A stretch of 59,832 nt of DNA, filler included, from Sphacelaria rigidula (lineage: Eukaryota): NCBI GenBank assembly GCA_964200075.2. It is 8 parts of 8 records of this genome, joined end to end, with 100 filler letters (N's around TTAATTAATTAA, not from the genome) between each part and the next. Parts side by side here need not be neighbours in the genome. Positions count along the whole stretch, not along the records: positions 44,951 to 52,341 come from CAXNAA020015133.1; positions 52,442 to 59,832 come from CAXNAA020015134.1; 6 more parts are not named here. One strand, written 5' to 3'. The notes beneath the pieces are model-generated. The model was not told the origin of the DNA, ran no database searches, and saw nothing but the letters and a program-made list of their open reading frames with translations. Below are positions 50,033-59,832 of the stretch, piece after piece; the first letter of the stretch is position 1; each line of letters opens with the position of its first letter. The position numbers were made by a program, and so were the translations under genes.

Positions 50033-50510
50033 CAGTAGTGGGCGGTCTAACTATTTAGGGGTGTTTCGGGCATTTCCTCGCGTACTACTCTTCGATAGAA
50101 CTCGAAATTGCTAGCGTCGGCAGATTTTTGTACAATGCCCGTTCATCAGGAGGGTGTTTTTGATCGTGAAACACAGTTCTTCGGCCCTAGTGCAATGGGT
50201 AAGCAGAGTTTCTTAAAAATAAATCAGTACAATTCTTCACAAATATGATCGGGACAGGCTCGATCGACCGAAACTACGGAAGAGTAAGAATCGGGGCTGA
50301 AACGTGGCAGGAACCCCGATGACCGGTCAGCCCAGAAGTCACTCGATATTGAGTACAAATGATTTTGTTTTCTTGGAATGTGAAGCGGATACAAATATTT
50401 TCAGATCCCCGACGTGATGAGCGGTGGAAAGCGGAAGAGCCTGAGAAAATTGCCAATTACGAAAAAAACACAAAATGCCACAAAATGAATAGTTAGACCG
50501 CCCACTACTG
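50033..50510. mobile_element. Tc1/mariner-type MITE (478 bp)
   Basis: Perfect 23-bp TIR CAGTAGTGGGCGGTCTAACTATT with TA TSD on both sides. Confidence 0.9.
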
Positions 50511-51477
50511 TAGACAGGAATCAGGCAAGGGCGAAAAATCAGAAGAATGAAGAAAAGAAAAAGGGACAAGGACTGAAGGAGAATAAAAAATACGAATGCC
50601 ATGCACAGGTCCAGACGAAGATAATAGAAACGAAGACACCAAAAAACAGAAAACAAGAAAGGTACCTAGTCTCAGCAAACGACGCCACGAGCACTACTTC
50701 GGCTCAAGGAGAATACTTGCCCTCGAATGATCACAGGAATGGGCTAACGTACCGCGTCGTGCTGAACTCCCTGCCCCCTTGACCTCTCCCAGGCACGGCC
50801 GTCGCCACTCCCGCGACACCAGTACGAACCTGCTCAGTATTGTATCCATACAACAGCAACATATCGCGCAGTTCATATAGTGTGAACGAACAGTCGTAAG
50901 TCGGGTGTAGGTTGTCATATCCCGAAGACGAACGCGGGGCGCGCGGACATCAAGGCCTGTGAAATGAGACAAATAACGGTCAGAGCCCAAGTCTCAATGC
51001 ACAACAAAAAAAGGATCGTTCCAAAATACCGAATACTTTCCTCGGGGGGCGGGGGGGGGGGGGCGCACAGGTTTCACTCTGGACCCACAACAACGACTTG
51101 TAGAACCATGATGCATAAAACATACGTTCATGTGTTGAGCAATCTGATTAAAGCAAATCAACTCTGCGTCACTTACCAGCAACTTCGCTTGGTGTACATA
51201 TTCGACAGGAACTTCTCGATTTTAGAAAACTTACCTCATCATCTTCGACAAGAGGATACTCCTTCTCAGTCAAGAGGTCCTGTCTCCTAGTCGCCACCCG
51301 TTCCCTCTTGTCTTTTTACTTGGCACGCATTTGGAAAGAAACCAATCGTACGAAGACGTTCCAATACGTGATAATGAACACGCGTGCGTTTTCATTCTGG
51401 TACCTAAATATAGAGGAGTGGGTCCGAAAAACTGACACAACACGGAACAGAGAGCATCACCATCCAACCGCGCGGGT

Positions 51478-51491
51478 ACACACACGCACAC

Positions 51492-51538
<47 letters not shown>
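51478..51538. repeat. (CA)n microsatellite
   Basis: Direct inspection. Confidence 0.95.
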
Positions 51539-51541
<3 letters not shown>

Positions 51542-53529
51542 CGTTTGTACTCCGGTCTAGACGAGAGTTCTGATTCGGAATTATTTCCTGTATCTAATCA
51601 CTTGAAGCTATTCCGACCTCTTATCCCTAGTCTCGCGTCTTTTCTCCGAGTCGGTTGTTTTTCGCCAAAACTGTGTAAGGGCGCCACAAATGATGGACGT
51701 CTCTTTGCCAATCAGAGAAACCCGCCAATTTTCGACCAATCCGAGAAAATGCCTGCTAGTTCATACAGCGATGTCATGCTTTGTGCGGCTTTTCTTTTTC
51801 CGAGAACTCTCCGCCCTCCTCCCCCTCCGGAAAACAAAGATGGTGAAAGCAACAAAATTTACCGCCTCACGTCACCCATGCCCAAAAGCCCCTCCGCCCG
51901 CCCGAAGGTGCCATGGATCAAACGTCGACCGAGGAAGATTGCCCAATCACATTACATCATTTCTTGTGTCCAATCAGAAAACGGCGGACCAATTTACTTT
52001 CTCTGCAGTGTAGTACTTCTGAAAGTATCAGAAATATACGCGAGGCGTTTTTCTTACGCGAATACCGACACCCCCTGCGACATCGTGAATAACATAACGC
52101 AACACCACCGACAGCGCTTTTTTCTCGACCCGACCAAGCTCCGAGAGTGCGTATGGTAGCGTGTACCTTCGCGGCTAAATAGTGACTAGAACACGCCATC
52201 ACCTGATTCCGGCTGATGTAGAGTTGTTCTTCAGGGAGGCCTCATTGCTGTTCTGAAAAGCAAAGCGGTCACCTTCTTCAAATTTCTCCGGTTCCTACTC
52301 AACTACAACTCTTCGCTGAGTCAGGGGTAAAACTAGGGTCCNNNNNNNNNNNNNNNNNNNNNNNNNNNNNNNNNNNNNNNNNNNNTTAATTAATTAANNN
52401 NNNNNNNNNNNNNNNNNNNNNNNNNNNNNNNNNNNNNNNNNACGAAACTGAAACACGCTCTGAAGAAAATAAGGAACAGGAAAAAAAAAAACATAGATGA
52501 AAGAGAGAAGTTTCAGGTCTACTGAACGCGACAACAGCTGCGCTGCATTTCGTTTCAACTTTTCACCGACAACACTCTTCATCTCACGATGGGGCGGGGT
52601 TCTGTACATTGTGTGTACACACTGCGCGTACCTCGTTGCAGAAAGTGGGGGAGCATTAAAATGAATTTGATGGCGATTTTTTGCAGGTTTAGTATTAATA
52701 GCACCCTTTCATGTTTCCGGTCTTCATCATCCGAAACGTGCAGAGTACGGTTGGCGAACTATAAAAAAAACGATCAAAAGCCAAGGGGGTGAAGCAGTGC
52801 TGGTAATCAATATCCAATGCTCCAAGACGAAGCGCACGGCAAGAACCGGCGGAGAGATGAAGAGAAACCTCACGATTTCAAGCTCGTCCCCAGGAACGGA
52901 GGGGAGGCACGAGGGGGGGGGGGAGAGCAAAATTGAGAGTACGAGAAAGCCCGCCGAAAAGCATACCGCGCAGGCTTTACTGCGTGTTCGTCATAGGTCC
53001 CACGTGTAGCACTGTATTGAACAGTATACCCCGGCCTCACACCAAAATCTCAAGCGATGAGCGTGCCTGTGTTACCTCTTCAGCCAGAACAAATGAAAAG
53101 AAACGTCCATGGTGTCACGGGGAGAGAAGACCATCGATACGCGAGAGGAGTCATGCCCCACCATGGCATGAACGACAGGCACAGGTCGGTGTGCATGGTC
53201 GACGAACGGCAATAACCGGGGGGAATGCCGGCTACACAGCTGCACTTAATCTCACACAAGGAACAGAGAGAGATGTTATATGACGACCACAGGAGAATCT
53301 TGCATAGACAGCATTAACAAGAGCAAATTATGTCATCCTATTATCGCTGCTGCTGCTATTGTGCGGTCTATCAGGCCATGCGTTTCAGTTCGCGTGAACC
53401 CGGTTGGTTATCGGTACACGGTAAGCACATTTCAACACAAGCCTTGCGTGGATGTATCGCATGTTTAATGTAGTTTTCAGTGAAAATAGAGGACCTTTGT
53501 AATTTTTTCCTATTCGACGATATTTCATA

Positions 53530-54225
53530 GTTTTTTCGCGTCGCACCGCTCATCCCAGTGGACGTTTGATCCCGAAGTTTGGGGATCGGGAGACACTAGG
53601 CATCCGCTTTACATTCCGGAACTAAAAACATATGTGCCTTTGAGTAAAACTAGAAAATAAGGTTCTGTAAAATTATTTGCAAGAGCGATCGGGATTGAAT
53701 GTTCATCCATTTCTGTGCTATGCAGAGCTCGGCTGGGAAATTTCGTAGTTGAGTACCTTTCTGAATGTACTCTTGCAGTATTTCTCCCCAGCACTCGAAA
53801 GTCCTAGCGTCGATAGATATTCGGAAGAGACCAGGTCGTGCTCAGGACAAATTCCTCAATTGGTGTCGTCGGGGTGACAGGGAGAAAGTACCCTGCTTAT
53901 TAGAGGGTGTCCTCGACCGTTAGTGGTCCAATACACACGGTTAACTCGGCTCTAGCGTAATGAACGGGCGAATAAAAAAAAGTGTTCATTTTCGTTTGTT
54001 CACGAGAGCGATCGGGATTGCTCCAATCGAGCAAAAATGCCCAAGAGTCAGAACCGGGGACTGGATAGTCGTAGAACCCCCGAAAACCGGTCAGTCCGTA
54101 AGCCGCTCATTGTTGAGCGCAGACATGATTTTGTTTCGGAATGTGGAGCGCATGCCGAGTATCTCTCGGTCCCCAAACTTTGGGATTAAACGTTCACTGG
54201 GACGAACGGTGGCACGCGAAAACAC
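53530..54225. mobile_element. Degenerate foldback element in FKBP intron, partly related to the 50033 MITE family
   Basis: 53530-53635 is the approximate reverse complement of 54120-54225. Internal ctcgaaagtcctagcgtcg and ggaatgtggagcg blocks are shared with the MITE. Confidence 0.55.
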
Positions 54226-54359
54226 CATCGTGAATGAATCGCCGACTACAGAAAATTCCAAAAATCTCCGAGTCAAGCTGAAAACCCCTGTATCTTGTTG
54301 CATGAAACCACGCTCTACACTTCACGCACAGTCTCCTGTAGGACTACAAGCACTCGTAC

Positions 54360-54480
54360 CTATGTCCCAACCGCGGATGACATTGCCCATGCCGATGGTG
54401 AAAGTAAAAACTTTCCCTCGATCGCGGGAAGAGTCAAATTTCTCGCCATTTTCTCGCGTTCCGGTGTAGTGCGCAGACAC
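54360..54480 (-). CDS. FKBP-type peptidyl-prolyl isomerase, exon 3 ([41 protein letters not shown])
   Basis: Canonical FKBP motifs HYTG...FDSSRDR...F.F..G...VI.GWD.G. tttcag| acceptor, g|gtacga donor. Confidence 0.92.
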
Positions 54481-54842
54481 CTGAAAAAATAAAAAATACA
54501 AGGACGGCTTAGAGAAAATAAGAACTGCTTTGGATAATGACAATACAAAATGCCTGCGAAAGTATATAAGAATAAAGACCTAGCTGGTGCACAAGGGGCA
54601 GTTTGAACAACAAAGCGACCTTAAGAACGTTCCGGGGAACGTTCGTGCACCAACGATATACCACGCATAAAAAGTGCCTAGTAATGGTGATCACATCAGC
54701 TATTAAGGAATCCAAGAGAAGCGTCATATAGAGCGCCGTTTTTGAGCATGGTGCTACGAGCTTGACTATCTCACTATCTCATCGCCAGTGTTGCATATCA
54801 TGAAGTCTGAAAGCTGATGAACCAGCTAAAACGGGACATTAC

Positions 54843-54893
54843 CTCATAACCCTCAGGAGGACTGCCGCCCTCTGCATCGCCCGCCTCGATGAT
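54843..54893 (-). CDS. FKBP PPIase, exon 2 (IIEAGDAEGGSPPEGYE)
   Basis: 51 nt, cacag| acceptor and gag|gtaatg donor, phase 0 both sides. Confidence 0.85.
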
Positions 54894-57800
54894 CTGTGAA
54901 CGGATTACAGGGGCAACAACGCCAGAACAAAAAAACGTTTGAACCTGAAATAGGATGGCCCTAAATTTCAACGTACCTAAAAGCGGAGTTTCAAGGGGTG
55001 TGCGTATAATGAAGCATGTACAGTACTCAAGTACATAAAGCACTGTCACCTCGATCATGAGAGAGAAAAACACCGGAGGACTGCGCGGGCAGGTGAAGAG
55101 ACTGCTCACCCGCAACGGTCATTGATTGATTTGATCGATAGTCGTACTTCAACTGACCTCCCAGGGATCATGATCCAGCCGTGATCACAAGATAGACGTA
55201 CCCAACACAAAACAAAACTGAAAACGCTCGCTGAAGAAAAAAAAAGAACAGAAAAAGTCGAACAGAGCGGCATAATAGACTAGGATGTGAAAAATAAGAG
55301 TAAAAAAAAGCAGAGCACAGAATGAAATGGCCGATTTGAAACAAAGGGGGGAAAAAAAAAGAGGAGGGGGCAAAAAGTAAAAAAGTCAGTCCAACGGAAT
55401 GTTGGCTACTGATTCATGACCTGCTGCGATTATAGCACCGTGGAGTCCGGTCAAATCCCTCAAGTCTCATCTCCCCCTCGCCGTAAAACACGGGGTGTTT
55501 TACGACGCCTTGAGGAATCGAGAGGACAGAACCCCCGCGAGGAATCACGACATGCTCTGCAACACCGTAGCGCGGGACATATCAGTTGGGCAGTCGATCC
55601 AGGGGAATACCTCCACACGTCGATCCAGCGGAGAAGACGGTTCGACCTATACAGGTGGTCCCCGACATTTGGTTGACCGACATATCTCATGTTGATTGAT
55701 TGTCGCACATCAACTGATCGCCGAGGGATGTGGCCTACTGGTGCGGTGGTCATTGTCCACAAGATAGACGTACCCAAGGTGGGCAAAACGGCAACACTCG
55801 CTAAAAAATATGAAAAATTATGAAAAAAAAAACAAGATGGGTCTCTCGTGCTCCATTCGTGCTCGTGTAGCTGGGGCCTCTACCGCAACCGACAGAAAGA
55901 AAAGAACCAGAGACCACGCCGACTCCCTGGACGTACGTATACCGCTGCGTTTGATTGTCGCCATTTTCTTTCGACACCTTCGCACCCGAGAAATCAGCCG
56001 CAACTCACGTGTGGGGCCTACCGAAGTATTCGTAGACTCGAAGGTGTTGAGGAAAACCGCAGACAAGGGAACGTAGCTGTCGTACACTCAGATCAGCATG
56101 ATATTGGCGAAAAATTACAGTCGGCGCATGCTTTCGGTGCCCAGCTTTTGTCATGGATGGTATCGCTTCCAAGGAGGACATATAATAAATACGATGGTGC
56201 AGCGTATAACTTACGCCTTATTTTCGCTTCATCAACAAGAAAAGTACAGAGTTATACGTTGGACATGCGTTGACTCCAGCCTGGTGAGCCAGCATCCCCA
56301 TGTTTGATAGCTGTACCTCAGTGGAAGGCTGCAACAAACACAGAATCTGGGGGCTAGGGTGGCATACCAGCCGGTTTGGTCTAACACACGGCCAACATAT
56401 ATTTGTCGTCACCCGGTAGAGAGCCATCTTCCAACAAAAGGGGCATTCGCGTGCCCTTGGAGCAGTTGGTCTTGGGGGCAGAAACCATGCGTCGGGAATA
56501 CCCTGATGAAACGTAGCGTGAAATATAAACCTTGTCCATGCTCGCACCAAGAGACAAAAGGAAGCATACCCATCCGCATGGAATCAGTCCTACTGCAACC
56601 CTTGCGATACCTGAAAGATGATAACCTCGGACCTCGTCACGAAGATCAAACTGCGCAACTTAATCCCATGATGTACGCGAGCTGCGCACGGAACAGCGCA
56701 GCGATAGGCGAACGGCGAGTACCCAACACCCGGGATTTGGGCCTTTTGGCTGCAATACCTTCAACGATAATACAATTATGGTCACCAGGTTCTTCCAGAG
56801 TACAATAACCGCTGATTCTATTTTCTTTAAAAGCATTTGTGCACCCCTACTCACAACCAACCACGATTTTCAAAATGAATCGGGGGCGCAAAACTCCCTA
56901 CTCCGTACCAGGGGGTTCGAGGCAGCCCGTGTTACGATGTAGTGTACGGAGTTCAACACCCCCATGATAGTTTGTTGTACTTTGTGTTACCTCGGTTTCT
57001 CCACCGGGAAAGGACCGCAGCCAAAAAAAGGCCCGCGAACCGACCGACACTGACACAATAGTTTGATGTCTTGAGCACCTTAGCCTCAAGCATTTGAAGT
57101 TGGAAAGTATCGGAGTGTGCGCGCGGGTAGGGGGGTATGTTCATGGTTCTACATGCCGTGGTCATATGACCATTGACCTCGCATCCCGACAAAGCCGGGA
57201 CGGAGCATGCCGGGTTTCCGCCGTATCCGGCTCGCAATCACCAAGCGCGGAGAGTCATGATGTGTCCGGCGAGTCACATGAAGGGTAAGCCGCATCCAAC
57301 TAAGCTTGTTCGGCCCGAGGCAGTTAGGGGGGGGAGGGGGGGGTTAGACGCAAGGATACATACATGGACACAAATCTGCGGCTGGGAGTGATGGCATGGT
57401 GAGAAAAAAAGTGGCTACTGTAGACACATGACGATAGCCGTCATTCCGAGAAATAAGCGTCTATGTCGCCAGATATCAGTGGGCACATGAACTTGCTAGT
57501 ACAACGAGCGTACAATAGTTGGCACCAGAGGACTGGCGGCGCTCAATGCTCCACCCTTCAACAATTGACCACGTGCGCGGTCGAAGGGTTTGCTCGCGCG
57601 GATATCTTTTCGGGCCGTTTTCGAAGAGAAAGAAAACTGCCACAAGCATCATACTTTCGGCAACGGTACTCGTGCAACACCTGTAGTGCAATATCGCCAG
57701 AAGGCACTGTACTGTACTGTCGGGAGGTGGGGTGAGGAGGGGTGATGGCGAAATAAACGGAAAATTTTGCCTTATCCTTCGTCGTGAAAACCCTGCCTTA

Positions 57801-58706
57801 TTTTTCACTGGGTTCAGTATAAGGTCGATGATTGTGGACAAAATCAAAACCTGCCTTATCGGTAGTCCCGCCCACGATATCAGCTATCACCTCAACACCG
57901 GTCCACCGTGCTAATGTTTTGTACGTTATCATTACTGTACTGAAGTGTATTTTCAAATCAAAAGTGATGAACTGCACCAACTTACAGATGAGCGATGGTA
58001 TTGTTGTCAATGCCTAATTCTTCGGTAAGTGATATGATGGTGAGACTTGGGATTCCCGTGTCACCGGCCTATGCTGAATCTTCACCGCGGACAGGCGGGT
58101 AGGATATTCTCCCCCACGCGGCAGTGTTGCATTATTGTCTGTACGGTGTGCTGTATATTTTACTGGTTGTCCATACTTGGACGTTGGCCGAGATTGTTCC
58201 CTCCATACGGCGAAACCGGTGACAGGTTCGACGCTCTGCCTGCACCTTGGTCCAGTCTTTACCCTCATAGCATCAAAGACACAAACGCCAGGAAACAGTT
58301 TAGTAATAAACTCATTGGATATGTCCGTCACGAAGCGGGCACATGTCAGGGTCAAAGTTCGCGCGAGGCTGTGCGGAGGAGGAACTCGTCCGTCCGCAAC
58401 ACATGGCGAAATGCTTGGTGGAGTTTTGAACGCTCAACACAGGCAGACAGCTGTAGACCACAGCCACCTGCATCAGTGCCTGATGTAACGGAGAAGCCGA
58501 CGAAACAAAGGCCGCCCAATCGGCCACGACATATCTATACCACCTGTATGGGAACCTGTCGCCTACGGAATGTTCCCGGGTTCACTGTATATTTTCCGTC
58601 AGAGCAAGGCAAGGTGGTACAATCTACGGTACCATGTTGTGCCGTACCGCACGCCGTCTGTTCGGGCTGAGGCGTTCTCGATCAATCGATCGCATCATCT
58701 CCCCAC

Positions 58707-58790
58707 CTTCTTCATGACGCCGCCATCACCAGAAAGGTCCACCCACTCTGCGTCCGTCGCAGGGGCATCGACAACTGGATCTACGTCCAT
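58707..58790 (-). CDS. FKBP PPIase (FKBP4/5/ROF1-like N-terminus), probable exon 1 (MDVDPVVDAPATDAEWVDLSGDGGVMKK)
   Basis: VDLSGDGGV.KK is typical just before the first FKBP domain of large FKBPs. aag|gtgggg donor. Start codon choice uncertain. Confidence 0.8.
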
Positions 58791-59551
58791 CTCTGCTAGC
58801 AATGCTTCTTCTTCTTTTCCACTTCTTACTGTACTGTACTCTCCTGAGTTGTACTGACTGAAACGATTGCTACTAGAACACCTCAAACAGTGTTTCTAGA
58901 TATGGATGGCGAGCACGGTAAGTTACACGTCTTTCTTCATCTCTACTTTCGCTCACATTTATGTCTTTCAGGGTCGTCGTCGTAAGCAATACTTAAAGCC
59001 TCTCGTCCAAAGTAATACCGCACTTTGGATTTTCGATGGAGCGCGTTTTTTCAGTTTTTTTTGTTTCAGCGACTCTCATCGGCTTCTTCTTTACCCCAAA
59101 ATTAAATTTTGCAAAGAGAGAAACATCATTACCAGCCACAATCTTTGAAAAAACAAATTTATCAATTATTGTGAACAAGGTACTGCGGAGTAATCGGTCG
59201 TGTTGACAGTCCTAATAGTGTACAGCCCCCGGTTCTTGCTCTCCGATATTTTCGCTGGACCAAACCGATCCGGATCGCTATAATGAATAACTCCATGTTT
59301 CAGTTTATTTCTTGATATTCATTTCACTACAGCCGATAAAACGTTCTTCTTATATCATAATATACGTTCAATAACACCCTCTCGATAAATGGGGTTGTAC
59401 CTCGTATCGTTTCGTGAGCAAAAAAATTGGTTAAGGTATCTTGAGTACTATACGACCTGCTTTTCTCCCAGTAACTACCGACTCTCGAACTTTCGAGTGT
59501 AGGTGGCAAACCTCCTGCGAAAAATCATGATTGAGTATGTAAAAGGCTTAA

Positions 59552-59663
59552 CCCTTTGACGGCGAGGAGGGTACGTCACCTACCTGCCGAATCGGCGTCA
59601 ATAATACTCACTTGAAAAAAATATGCATGATCCAGATGGATTACCCGCACCGCGGTCCAAGGG
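59552..59663. mobile_element. piggyBac-like MITE (112 bp)
   Basis: TTAA on both flanks. TIRs CCCTTTGACGGCG / CGCGGTCCAAGGG (11/13 match). Confidence 0.75.
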
Positions 59664-59699
59664 TTAAACTCGTACCACTGTACTAGTGTTACATATCGT

Positions 59700-59832
59700 A
59701 CCGAGAGTTTCGATATATCGAACCTCATTATCGAATCGAATATCGAATCGAAAAAGTTCGATGCGATATTCGATTCGATATTCGATTCGATATTCGATTC
59801 GATAATGAGGTTCGATATATCGAATCGAATAT
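59700..59832. repeat. ATCGA-rich palindromic repeat (end of a MITE-like element), truncated by window end
   Basis: TCGATATATCGAACCTCATTATCGAATCGAATATCGAATCGA (~59710-59751) pairs with ~59782-59823. Tandem (TTCGATA/TTCGA) units. Confidence 0.8.

Noticed and set aside
51308-52159. 283-aa ORF with HT repeat
   Set aside because: Runs through a CA microsatellite and promoter-like DNA; no coding signature.
59700-59832. Possible CRISPR-like or telomeric array
   Set aside because: Short tandem/palindromic units with no unique spacers, in a eukaryotic context; not the TTAGGG telomere repeat.

Overview
Eukaryotic genomic DNA, most likely a brown alga (Phaeophyceae, Ectocarpus-like). That call is inferred from intron style, Gly/Ser-rich low-complexity exons and the repeat families. 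The window is not one locus. It is eight unrelated ~7.39-kb contigs joined by 100-bp N44-TTAATTAATTAA-N44 spacers: 1-7392, 7493-14884, 14985-22376, 22477-29868, 29969-37359, ~37460-44850, 44951-52341 and 52442-59832. Adjacency across spacers is meaningless. Partial intron-rich genes that can be spliced in frame: WDR81/GFS12-like BEACH protein (7 exons, +), CARNMT1-like methyltransferase (3-4 exons, -), first exon of a P4-ATPase flippase (-), two exons of an FBH1/UvrD-like helicase (-), three exons of an FKBP PPIase (-), and one large unidentified exon (+). The rest is mobile DNA: hAT, Tc1/mariner, piggyBac and Harbinger-like MITEs, a tRNA-derived SINE, LINE 3' fragments, a Copia gag relic and a 3.8-kb gag-like pseudo-ORF. 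Most notable: (1) a LINE and a non-coding ~570-bp partner element share a homologous 3' tail and usually sit in oligo-C tracts; (2) a ~1.1-kb diverged palindrome made from a coding sequence, with a third related copy beside it; (3) a long retroelement ORF killed mostly by stop codons one C>T step from Gln/Arg codons; (4) two putative GC-AG introns.
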